Under the pieces are notes generated by a model that was not told where the DNA came from, made no database searches, and saw only the letters and a list, made by a program, of their open reading frames with translations. A program made the position numbers and the translations under genes. From Octopus vulgaris (taxonomy: Eukaryota), in contig OX597834.1 in assembly GCA_951406725.2 (NCBI GenBank), forward strand, positions 29,946,001 to 30,010,000: a DNA stretch of 64,000 bases, written 5' to 3'. Positions 1-13,600 of the stretch are shown in pieces. The first letter of the stretch is position 1. The number at the start of each line of letters is the position of its first letter.

Positions 1-464
1 TTTTTAACACCTCCATTATGTGTCGCACACTCTGGCTGGCTGTAGCTGAGAAAGGCAAGACTCAATGGAAAATTCCATGATGGAATGAAGGCATGTGTCA
101 GCATGCTGGAGGCGTCCATCATTGTTACACCTGTCCAGAAGTGTGTTGTGTCCTTAGCAGGACTTTAAGATAGCATCATGTCTTTAGAAATTCTTGCCAA
201 TCTCCAGTTCGACTGGAAACTGAACCTATCACTGGAACAATTATGACACACATAAATTAGTGTTTTTAATAAGCATAATGGATTAAATTCCAATATATTT
301 TTAACAACCAAAGACAAACAACACAAATGCAGTTATGCGAGTTTAAATGGGTTGTTTGATGAAAACAGTGGCCCTTATAGTAGTAAGTGAGAAGATAGAG
401 CATGTTGCGAAGTTAATGAAGAAACAGTAGTAAAGGTCGGTCATAATGTATTTTTCTGTTTCAG

Positions 465-532
465 TTCACTGACAGCCCTGTGATTGCTGTGTGCAGTGAC
501 AGTGGAGGGTCTGTGTTTGAACTGGAATTCAA
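465..532 (+). CDS. VPS8: VPS8 exon 1 (first in window): [22 protein letters not shown](K)
   Basis: tttcag| ... |gtaagt; 68 nt. Confidence 0.92.
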
Positions 533-2608
533 GTAAGTCACTTCTATTATTCATTTATTATCACTTTTACTTTATCCTTTATCTCTCATCATCATTGTTT
601 TGTTGTGTTTTCATGATGTTTGCATGTTTAAGATATTTTATTATATTTGCTTTTATTTAAGAAACACACAAAAGCCGTTTGATTCACTTCAACATCTCAA
701 GATGCAGCAGTGATTTTTGTCAGTGAACAGGTCGCAGTCTTAAAGCGACGAAAATATTTTGACAAATTAAACTTAAATGTTGAAGTGAATCGAGCGGCTT
801 TTGTGTGTTTCTTAAATGGCTTACAAACACCTTCCACGCTGCAATTGTTTTCGTTTCAGCACACGATCTCAGATCAAATCACTTGCTATGCAAGTACATC
901 TCCGTAATTGCTTTTATTTGTTTGTAATTTGAATATTGGCAAAGGTTTGCTACTCCAACACTCACACAAGACATTGGGCAAATGGCTTTCTAAGATAGTG
1001 TCGAATCAAAGTATTATGTGTGAAATTTGGGAGATGACAAAAGATAGCTGATGAAATTAAGTTACTTTCTAGTGTTTCAATCTGTTTTAGTTCTTATGCT
1101 TCTGTGCCTTCACCTTTCATTCTCACCCAAGATTGGTAACTCAGTAAAATGTGTGTGTGGAAAGTAAGTGAGTGTACATATATATGTGTGTGTGTTTCAA
1201 GTGAGGCACAAAGCAGCTGATGATGTGTTGCTAAGAGAAATAACAACTGCTCGTGATTTCCCTTGAAGCACAAATATAAGCCAACACAGAAACATACACA
1301 CATGCACACACACACACACACAAACATTCACCACACACACATATGCAAGAGGCGTTTTTCAGTTTTTCATCTACCAAATCCAACCACAAAGCTTTGATCA
1401 GCCCAGGGCTTTAGTAGAAGACAGTTACCATGCTGTGGGACTAAAGTTGAAACTACTTGGTTAAAAAGCAAACATCTTAGACACACCATCATGCTTTCTC
1501 CTATACATGTGTGTGTGTATGTGTATATATTTCTTAACTACCCACAAGGGGCTAAACATAGAGGGGACAAACAAGGACAGACAAAGGTATAAAGTCGATT
1601 ACATCGACCCCAGTGCATAACTGGTACTTAATTTATCGACCCCAAAAGGATGAAAGGCAAAGTCGACATCGGCGGAATTTGAACTCAGAACGTAAAGGCA
1701 GACGAAACACTGCTACGCATTTCGCCCGACATGCTAACGTTTCTGCCAGCTCGCCGTGTATGTGTATAGAGTAAGGGAGAGAGAGAGAGTTCTGGTAGCA
1801 TTCTGTCTAATGACATATAATGTAATAGGTACATACTGTTAGTGCTCAAGTTGATTTACCACCTCAAACTTCAGCTTGAACTGCAATCAAAACACAAAGC
1901 AGTTATGTTATAGATGCCTAGCAATGAAAGACTATCGGCTGTTTGTCAGCCTCCTCCCAACGATAGAACTGATTGCTACTAAAATCTTCTTCTAACGATC
2001 TTCCTCATTTTGTCTCTGAAAATGCAATAGACCTCTACTGTATGGTAAGTGTATCTTTGCTTGCAAGGAAATGCATGACATGCACACCTGTCCTTAAAAC
2101 ACCTGTAGGACACTATCTGCACACCTTTCCATTTCATACTTTTTTTCTTCTTTTTGATTCTGTTGTAACAACTCAGCAATTCCCTCTCTCTCTCTTTCGG
2201 AGAGGCACTGAGCAGCTATACGCACACGGCAGTAACTTCCACCTACCGAATTCAATCACAAAGCTCCGGTCGGCTCGAGGCTATAGTGGAAGACACCTAC
2301 CCAAAGTGCCACGCAGTGGGACTGAACCCGAAACCATGATGTTCAAATATGTATATACCATAATCTAAACTGATGCCACTTGTTTACCCTACTCTTTACT
2401 CTTTTACTTGTTTCGGTCATTTGACTGCGGCCATGCTGGAGCACTGCCTTTAATCGAGCAACTCCACCCCGGGACTTATTCTTTTGTAAGCCCAGTACTT
2501 ATTCTATCGGTCTCTTTTGCCGAACCGCTAAGTAACGGGGACATAAACACACCAGCATCGATTGTCAAGCAATGCTAGGGGGACAAACACAGACACACAA
2601 ACACATAT

Positions 2609-2639
<31 letters not shown>

Positions 2640-5342
2640 CATATATACGACAGGCTTCTTTCAGTTTCCGTCTACCAAATCCACTCACAAGGTTTTGGTT
2701 GGTCCGCGGCTATAGTAGAAGACACTTGCCCAAGGTGCCACACAGTGGGACTGAACCCGGAAACATGTGGTTGGTAAACAAGCTACTTACCAAACACACA
2801 CACACACAAATATAGTCATGTACGCATATATACACATATTCACATAACTATTATATATTCATCAGTTTTAATGTATCTTTTGTTTGGTTTGTTTCTATTT
2901 TTCTTCCTTCAGGAGGTTGATCGGGGTGAGGACCTGCGAATCGAAGTGCCTGTTTTCAGGAAGGTATGTTTAACTTCATCAGCATCATCATTGTCAACAT
3001 CATCACTCTACCTTCATAGTGAATATCCTACCACTTCTGCCTCTTCCTCTTCATTTTCATCATCATTCCTCTAATCAGATTCCAATCTGAAATCATGATT
3101 GGTGAATAGTTAAATATACGACATGTGTTGCTGTTATTAAACATTTTAAATTTGTGCAATCTTAACTTTGAATTTACTCTGCGTTTTGATCCGCTTCGCC
3201 TCCATTCATGTTGGATTAGATTTAAATCTGGGAAACTTTTATCTTTAAACTCAGAGTACAAACACAATGGAGTAGAATCCACTAAAGGTGCCTGACAAAA
3301 TAAATAACACCTCTCCTGTGTTTGTGCATATTTATATATGTATCGGCGAGCTGGCAGAAACGTTAGCGCGCCGGGCGAAATGCGTAGCTGTATTTCGTCT
3401 GCCGTTACATTCTGAGTTCAAATTCCGCTGAGGTCGACTTTGCCTTTCATCCTTTCGGGGTCGATAAATAAAGTACCAGTTATGCACCGGGGTTGATGTA
3501 ATTGACTTAATCCCTTTGTCTGTCCTTGTTTAGCAGCCCCTTGTGGGCAGTAAAGAAATATATATATATGTATGTATACCATCACATGTTTTTAATGTCC
3601 ACTTTTGCATGCTGGCATGGGTCAGACATGTTTTTCTATGTCTGGATGCCCTTCCTGTCTCCAACCTTTACCTATTTCCAAGTAAGGTAACAGTTCCCTA
3701 TGACCAGACATTTTTTCATGCAAGACTGGAAACAAATTACATCACTGGCAGAATCATCAGAGTGTTAGATAAAATGCCTTGTGGCAGTTCTTCCAGCTTT
3801 CTATATCCTGAGTTCAAATCCTGCCGAGGTCAATACTCACTTTCATCCTTTCGTAGTTGGTAAAATACATGTACCAGTCATATACAGGGGTCAATGTAAT
3901 CAATGAAACACCCTCCACTCAAAATTGCTGGCTTATAAAGAAAACTTAAGCCAGATTATGGATCATAGACTAGCATGAAACTTTTGGTGAAAGGTTTTAA
4001 TTCAAAACTTCAAGATTGTATCATAGAACTTAAGGTGGTGGGACTGTCTCAGACAGGTTGAATTAAATTTCCATGCCACCCCGCTCCCATTTCATTATGA
4101 ATCTGTATTTGTTATTCCAGCCGAGGAGAAGTGTGTGTCATAGAACCACTACACATGAATTATACCATACAGGACCATCCCATGCATGATGTTATGATTC
4201 TGGCCATGGCATCTTTGTCCAAGGTAAGACACAGGAACCACTTTCACCGATATTAATGATCACTTTTCTCTTTACAGTTAATCTACTCCATTCTGAAGCA
4301 ATTTAAACTTGTTGCCAAAAGCATGGTTTTATTTTTTCTCTAGGTCTAAGTAAATGTTTTATCTTTAATCCTTGAGTGTTCAAATTATTCTGTCGAATGT
4401 AATGCTTATTTATTCACATTGTTTTGAATTAATCATGCATTATCTCATAGCTTTGGGTTTCACAATGATGGGATTAAATCCTTAAAATCCTTTAAAATGT
4501 TTTAGCCCGAAGGCTGTGGCCATGTTGGGGCACCACCGCTCAACTATGCCCATACAACAGAAGGCACCACTGCCATCATTCAGTCTCCTAGGAAGAGTAG
4601 TCATATCTTCTTCAAATCATGTTTCCCCATCTTAAAGCAGACCATGTTAGATAATGTGGTCCTAAGTCTGATGACATAGAAGATATATCATATATGTGTG
4701 TGTGTAAGTGCAGGCGTTGCTGTGTGGCTTGTAAGTTTGTTCCCAACCTCTTGGTTTTAGGTTCAGTGTCACCATTGCATGGCATTTTGGGGCAAACATT
4801 TTCTACTTTAGCCTTGGGCTAACCAAAACCTTGTGAGTGGATTTGATAAACAATCTCCATGGTATAGTATCATCATCATCATTTTATGCTCATGTTCCAT
4901 GCTAGCATTTGTTGGACACCATCATCATCATCATTTACATTTAACATCCATATATATATATCATCATTGTTTAATGTCCGTTTTCCGTGCTAGCACGGGT
5001 TGGACGGTTCGACCAGGGTCTGGGAAGCCAGGAGGCTGCACCAAGCTCCAGTCTGATCTGGCAGTGTTTATACAGCTGGATGCCCTTCCTAACGGCAACC
5101 ACTCCGTGAGTGTAGTGGGTGCTTTTTACGTGCCACCTGCACAGGTGCCAGGGGAGGCTGGCAGCGTCCACGACCGGTTGGTGCTTATGTGCCACCGACA
5201 CAGGTATCACAACTACAATTTCCATTTGGTATTTATTTTGATGTTGATGTACTTGACTCAATAGGTCTCTTCAAGCACAGCAGGTCACATGCCACCGGCA
5301 CAGAAGCCAGTCAAGATGGCGCTGGCATCAGCCATGTTCGGC

Positions 5343-5373
<31 letters not shown>

Positions 5374-6269
5374 ATATATAGTAGTAAATGAGTATCACTG
5401 TCATACAAGCAGTGTCATTTGTTTCCATTCTTTCCTGTTTCCAAGCAAGGTAATATTCCCCCATGTCCAACCATAGGGGAATATTACTTAGCTTAGAAAC
5501 AGGTTAGCGTTGGCAAAGGAAGGGCATCTGACTGTAGGAAATCTGCCTCAATAAATTCCATCTGACCTCTGCAAGCATAGAAAAATGGACATTAGAATGA
5601 TGATGATAATACTTACACACACACACACACTCACATATAATGTTTTAAACTTTAAATATATTTCAGTAAACAAAATTTCTAATCATGAAAATACTGGGTT
5701 TTTGTTTTGTTTTTTTCTTCCAGGTATTAATTGTTTACAGCTGAAGATAATGTTTTCCATTAAAGGTACCTACCAGTATTTTCTGTGAATTTATTTGAGA
5801 AATTTTTTCTACATTGGATTTTTTAATATGTATTTAAGAATATTTTATGAATTTCTTTTTATTTTTTTTTTTTTTTTTCTGATTCTACCTTTATTTGAAT
5901 TAGACTGATTTCAAAAAAAAAAAAATCAAGCATTAAAATTAGATTATTGAAGAATTAAGAGAATCTTTTACTTCAGAAAAATGTAAGTTATCACACAGAG
6001 GGACTGAACCCTGCACCATGTGGTTGGGAAGCAAACTTCTTACCACATAACCACATACTCTTACTCTTTACTCTTTTACTTGTTTCAGTCATTTGACTGC
6101 GGCCATGCTGGAGCACCACCTTTAGTCGAACAAATCGACCCCGGGACTTATTCTTTTTGTAAGCCCAGTACTTATTCTATCGGTCTCTTTTGCCGAACCG
6201 CTAAGTGACGGGGACGTAAACACACCAGCATCGGTTGTCAAGCAATGCTATGTAGACAAACACAAACGG

Positions 6270-6302
<33 letters not shown>

Positions 6303-8004
6303 CATATATACGACAGGCTTCTTTCAGTTTCCGTCTACCAAATCCACTCACAAGGCAGTGGTCGGCCCGGGGCTATAGCAGAAGACATTTGCCCAAGATG
6401 CCACGCAGTGGGACTGAACCCGGAACCATGTGGTTGGTTAGCAAGCTACTTACCACACAGCCACTCCTGCGCCTGTGAAATTTTTCTGTTGTTGTTTTTA
6501 TTTTTAATTCTAAGATTGTTTTCCTTTTTTTTTTTTTTTTCCTTGTTTGTACTTTCCAGGGTGATTCTTCCACTCTGCCACTTCTTGCCTGGCAGTTTGT
6601 CATCATCCAAATCTCTGAAAGTGACCGTGTCATCGATCCAGTGTTGGCATTCGCTCGAGATAGCACCATCTACTTCTACCAGGTAAAAGAATATCTACTT
6701 AAGACTCATCATTCCCTAGCAAGTAGATTCAAGACCACAGACGGTTCCGAGATGGTAAATCGACCTGTTTCACATTGATTGACAAAATAGAAGAGAGAGA
6801 TTTTTTTCTCTTTCCATTTTTTTTCTCTCTCTTCTACTGTCCCCACTCCTTGGAGAATGAACTTTTTGCCATCTGTTATTGCTGTTAGGAGCTATCGCTA
6901 GATCACACTAGCTAACAACAGCCTTCTCTCTTGAGCTTAAACACATGCCTCATAAACACATGTCCATGCACATGCTAACACACATCAAATGCATGTCTCA
7001 TAGACATATACACACACACACACACACACATGCAAACATGCACAGACAACTTCCCAAATTTTCTGTGCCCCATTACTCTTCTAGGAAACTCTGATCACTG
7101 TCGACCATGCATCTGCACACAGGGCAAGTGCAGGCCAGGGCAAATGCAGGCCAGGGCAAATGCAGGCCAGGGCAAGTGCAGGCCAGGGCAAGTGCAGGCC
7201 AGGGCAAGTGCAGGCCAGGGCAAGTGCAGGCCAGGGCAAGTGCAGGCCAGGGCAAGTGCAGGCCAGGGCAAGTGCAGGCCAGGGCAAGCGCAGGACAGGG
7301 CAAGTGCAGGCCAGGGCAAGTGCAGGCCAGGGCAAGCGCAGGCCAGGGCAAGCGCAAGCGCAGGCCAGGGCAAGTGCAGGCCAGGGCAAGTGCAGGCAAG
7401 CACAGGCCAGGGCAAGTGCAGGCAAGCACAGGCAAGGGCAAGCTTTTATTTTCTACGAAGACTAGCAGCTGCCCATTCTTGCAGGTTTCTTCTTTCTCCA
7501 TGTCACCGATATTTATCCAAAGGAAAGGCCACTGAATGTGCATTCCTCCAAAGAATCTCCAGAGGAACATTACATGACAGAACAAATACCACCATGCATT
7601 ATTATATCTGACAACCTTATGAACTGTGCCACTTCTTAAATATTTAATAATGGTCATATTAAAATTTATTGTCTATTCAAAACTGAAACCAAACGCTTTC
7701 TCATCTCCCGATACAGGAACTAAACTATACGATAACATTTCACAAGGTACAATAATCCATGAGATAACTAATAAATGAGATTAGATAACTGATAACAGTA
7801 TTATAGAATAATACATAAAAATAAGCAAAAACAAAAACAATTAGCTGTTAAATGAGATAGTCAACTGCTTTGGCTGACCCAGCACATCGTTATCTATCTA
7901 ATCACTCAATTATTACTAACGACGTCTCTTGCTTCCTCACTCTCTCTGTCTTTGTTTTTCTCTAAACCTTTCTCTTACAATCTCTTTCCTTCACTCACTC
8001 TCTG

Positions 8005-8072
<68 letters not shown>

Positions 8073-9262
8073 TTTCTATTCTTCTTGGTTAAAATGCCTC
8101 CGTCTTCTAGTTGCTTTGCAAACTCAAACTCGCCCATTCTCAAACCATTTGAAACTTAGTCTGGGCAATACAGCATGGCTCATCTTTTCCTTTCTATCAC
8201 TTACTTATTAACAATCTATTAAAATTATTACATTTGTATTATTATTATTATTATTAATAGTAGTATTAGTACTACTACTGCTGCTGTCTCCACTAACTTT
8301 TAAAAAGGGTCTCAGTCAGAAATTTCTAACCACATGTTTACAGTTGTTCGATCAACTAAAATAACAGCTCATTGAATTAGTGTGCAAGCGCCTGAGTATA
8401 CCAATATAACCCTCACCAAAACATTTCCGAGAATTTGTCCTATACATCCATGATTGTTATCAGTCTTTTAGTTAGGCCTTGCTCCATACGTTCGAAGTAA
8501 AATGAAGCTTTCTTTTCAAAAGTCCCAAATTTAATCTGGTGGTTGAGAAAAAAGTAATTGGGAATGTCTCTCATGTATTATACATGGATGCCAGGCAAAT
8601 ATGTCTTGTGTATCACATGTGATGTACAGGAGAAGCAAAGGATTAACATTATCCTCAGGCTGAATCAGAATGATACAGTGTGTGTGTGGCATGGCTGGAC
8701 TTTTGAGTCACTCATAAAACTCAATAAACTTCCATTCAGTTTCCGTCTGATTTCACTCCCAAGGTTTAGATTGACCTGGGGCTACAGCAAAAGAAACTTG
8801 CCTAAGATGCCATGCAGTTAAATTGAACCTGAGACCCTGTGATTGAGAAGCAAACTTCTTAATAATTCTGCCACTCTTTGCAGAATGGTTAAGAATTTGA
8901 TCACGCAACAAATAAAACGCATGGTTAAAAATTCTGGTCTGGACCCAAGATTGTTACAGATGTTGTATTTCTATTGTTACGGTGGATTAATTAACACTAG
9001 TTTGATACTTGATTAATTGATACTAAATTAACTAATACAATCATATACTTTCTGTTGTATAATTATTATGAGAAAGGCATATTTTATGTTTTAAATTCTA
9101 GATTGAATTTAATATTTTAAAGAAAGTTTATTCCTTGGATAAGCTGCCAAGCAATATGAATTTTATGATAAATAATAAATATATATTTTGACATTTAAAA
9201 TTTTATTTTTACATTTTACATTTTTAATCTTTCATAGCTACATATGTACATGTATATATGTG

Positions 9263-9304
<42 letters not shown>

Positions 9305-9473
9305 GGATGCATGCATTTATGTGTTTGTATATATGTGTATAAAAAAATTTCTTAAGAAAATACATATTCAAATAAGTAAACAATAATATCATGAATAGCT
9401 AAAGCGAAACCGGTTGGTATTTTCAAAAATTATATTAAAACTATGTAAAGTGTGTATTTTCCTTTTTTAATTT

Positions 9474-9520
<47 letters not shown>

Positions 9521-10612
9521 TATATATATATGCATGTATGTATATGTATATATGTGTATGTATATATATATATATATATATGTATCCTATTTGCACCAGG
9601 TAACAATATTGCAGATACCAAGTATTTGTATAATGCTATTGTCACGTAGACTATTAAGAACTATTACAGGTAACTTTTTACTCATTATATGTCATCAACA
9701 AATTACAGGTAAATTGCATCAGTAACCTATAATCCAACTATTTCAGGTGATATGCAATAATGCCCAAGATATCCGCTGTTCAGGTTTGCAGAAAATGGAA
9801 CTACCTTACAAACTTCTTTCAATAACTGTGAGTAAAATAATTTCTCTTATCCTTGAATTTTAGTACTGGATGGCCTTTTACTTTGTTTTTTAAGCATTAC
9901 AGCTGTCGGAAGGGGATCTGAAAGCCACGGGAAAGACTGAGCATGGTGGTTAGTACAGGGCTCCGTATACAGTATGATATTAGCTGAAAGGAGTTGTTGA
10001 CTGTTGTAGTAGTACTAGTAGTAGTAGTAGTAATAGAAATTGTAGAAAGCAGGATACATCATGATGATGGGCTAACTGGGTGATGTTTGATAGGTTATTC
10101 ATGAGTAACAATCAGCCTGAATTTTCTAAATGATTCTGTTCATCTTTATCATGCTTGCTTGTAAAATATGTAAGGGATAGCAGCAGGATGAGTATCCTGC
10201 TGTAAAACAATGTAAACATCTCAGCATAATTTCTTCTGCACTGAAATTAATGCTTTATGGAGAAGATTGTGAAACCGCTGTAATCCAAAGGATTAGTTAA
10301 ATAGATATATATTTAGTATCATACCTCCTAACTTTTAAGGTCATACTTGTCATGAAATAATTTCATTCTAGGTTTCATCTGCATAAGCACTCCACATTAC
10401 ACTTCTCTCTATAAGATTACTATGTGGACTGTTAGCCAAGCCCGTAAGAGGTGCTTTCTGAGATAGCTGCACAATTCTCTGAATCCACATCTTATGTATA
10501 TGTATGCATGCATATATATATATATATGTATGTGTGTTGTTAGCCAAGCCCGTAAGAGGTGCTTTCTGAGATAGCTGCACAATTCTCTGAATCCACATCT
10601 TATGTATATGTA

Positions 10613-10663
<51 letters not shown>

Positions 10664-13600
10664 ATATATGTGTGTGTGTATATATATGTGTGTGTATATA
10701 TATGTGTGTGTATATATATGTGTGTGTATATATATGTGTGTGTGTATATATATGTGTGTATATATATGTGTGTGTATATATATATGTGTGTGTGTATATA
10801 TGTGTGTGTGTATATATATGTGTGTGTATATATATGTGTGTGTATATATATATGTGTGTGTATATATATGTGTGTGTGTATATATATGTGTGTGTATATA
10901 TATATGTGTGTGTATATATATATGTGTGTGTATATATATGTCTGTGTATATATATGTGTGTGTATATATATATGTGTGTGTGTGTGTGTGCATTTGTATG
11001 TATGCATGATTATTTTTGTTCTAAATATTTCCTCTTCTTGTTCAAATCATTCACTTTGCCAGTGGATGAACCCAAGGACGCTAGTTACATTGGACACTAC
11101 AGAAAAGATTCATGTTATAGATGTGAAGTCCGAAGAAGAGTTAGAAGTAAGTTCATTGCTGTGGCTTTTTTCTTCTTCACCCCTTTCCTTTCCTTAATCC
11201 CCATACAATTTAGTGCAAACCCTTTTCTGTTTATTAATGGAACTTTTTTCCAGTTGCAAATTGTATTTTCCAAGAAAGTATCATGGACATGGCTCTTCCT
11301 TGTTGAACTATGAAAAAATTAGAGTGCTCAGAGCGAGCCCCACCGGCTTGCCTACGAAAAGCATGGAATAATGGTAAAAGATCCTTCTGCAGGACTGTCT
11401 TAAGCACTGTCACAATCACAGGCCTTGAGCTTCATGCAGTTTCTGCAGCATAGGCGCAGGAGTGGCTGTGTGGTAAGTAACTTGCTTACGAATCACATGG
11501 TTCCGGGTTCAGTCCTACTGTGTGGCACCTTGGGTAAGTGTCTTCTACTATAGCCTCGAGCCGACCAAAGCCTTGTGAGTGGATCTGGTAGACAGAAACT
11601 GGAATAAGCCCGTCGTATATATGTGTTTGTGTGTCTGTGTTTGTCCCCCCCAACATCGCTTGACAACCGATGCTGGTGTGTATACATCCCCGTAACTTAG
11701 CGGTTCGGCAAAAAGAGACCGATAAAATAAGTACCAGGCTTACAAAGAATAAGTCCTGGGGTCGATTTGATCGACTAAAGGCGGTGCTCCAGCATGGCCA
11801 CAGTCACATGACTGAAACAAGTAAAAGCGTAAAGAGTAAAGAGAGCATATAAAGGACTGAGAAGACAACACTAGACCCCTTCGCTGAGCAAGATGCTGGT
11901 CTGTCGCAGGGTTAAACGTCCCAAGCTGTTGCACAATGACTCATTTACACCTGAATGGGCTACAGCAATATGAAATGAATTGTTTTGCTCAAGAACACAA
12001 TGGACCACCTGTTCTTGGAATTGAAACCATGATCTTATAGACAGGAGTGAAACACCTTAACCACTAAGCAATATCCCTACCATCCTTTAACTAAGCTATG
12101 TAAAAAAAAACAAAAAAACTATGGCCCCTGTGCCAGTGGCACGTAAAAAGCACCATCCAATCGTGGCCGTTTGCCAGCCTCGTCTGGCACGTAAAAAGCA
12201 CCATCTATACTCACGGAGTGGTTGGCGTTAGGAAGGGCATCCAGCCGTAGAAACATTGCCAGATCAGACTGGGCCTGGTGCAGCCTTCTGGCTTCCCAGA
12301 CCCCAGTTGAACCGTCCAACCCATGCGAGCATGGAAAGCAGACGCTAAACGATGATGATGACGATGATTTAAATAGAATAAAATGTAGACTAACCAAACT
12401 TGCTGTTTGTTTTTTTCTTCAGATCGTTGACATTGCTGATGTCCAACTGGTTTATGGATCTAGTCACTTCAAGTCTTTAGCAACAGGAGGAAACGTCAGT
12501 GAAGCTCTGGTAAATATAACAGGGGCTCTTTTATTTATTATTGTTGTTATTTCTATTACTACGATATTTACTGTGGAATATGTCAGCCATGTTTTCAATC
12601 ACACTGAGCAGGTCCTGTTTGAAATTGTTTTCACCCATTTGGTGCCATTTTTTGTGTAGAAATTTTGTTGTAATTTGTTACCAGGGGTGGACTGAGCTGT
12701 CGGTCAATTGGGCACTGACCAAAGGCTCGGAGCTCTGAGGGGCCCACACTCTACATGTTAACTCTACTAAAACACACATTCGAAGGGGCCCAGTAAACAG
12801 TTATGCCCAAGGGCCCTTAATACTCTCAGTTCGTTCCTGTTTGTTACTAAGACTACCAGAAATCTTTTGCTGGTGTTCTTTGATTGTTTTTTCACATAAG
12901 CTGCAATATAGCCTTGGTGATTGAGTTGACTAGGATGTGTGGGGTTCCTTGGTTGACCCTGGGTGGAACTTCCTGCTTTAAGGAATTTTATTGCTTGATT
13001 TTTTTTTGTTGTTAATTATTATTGTTTTTTTGTATACATGAATTTTTGTGCTAAGCCCCACTTGTTCCTTGTGTTGTTTTGTCTCTTTTTTTATATATTT
13101 GGCCCTTGTGGCCAATAAAAAAAATATCATTTATCATCATCAAGCTGTTAGAATCATAAACACACCAGACAAAATGCTTAGTAGCATTTTGTCCACCTTT
13201 TCATATAATTGAATTCAAATTCCATCAGGATTGACTTTGCCTTTCATCCTTTTGGGATCGATAAAATAAGTAGCAGTCGAGCACTGGGGCTGATGTAATC
13301 GACTTACCCCCCCCCCCCACCTCTGAAATTACTGGCCTTGTGCCAAACTTGAAAATCATTACCGTTATTATTAATTGGTTATTATTTATCATCATCATCA
13401 TTATCATTATTATTATTATTGTTATTATTTTGACTCAGGTTTTATCAGAACTCCAGGAGTCTCGCGTGAGTAGCAGGCTTGCATCCTGCAGCCTATCATA
13501 CCATGCTTTCAGTTCTTTACAATTATCTAATACTTTCCTGATGATTCTGGCAGTGCCATGGAAGCAAAAATATTTCAATAGCTCTACTGGGCATTCTTTT

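Noticed and set aside
7030-7657. Six overlapping ORFs of 100-194 aa
   Set aside because: They are translations of a stop-free 16-bp minisatellite with no coding signature.
10409-11313. Long Y/I/C/V/H/T-rich ORFs (also 46187-46898 and 63118-63996)
   Set aside because: Microsatellite artefacts; only 11063-11146 is a real exon.
11452-11530. tRNA-like sequences at SINE heads
   Set aside because: A and B boxes are present but there is no complete cloverleaf, and they continue into SINE bodies.
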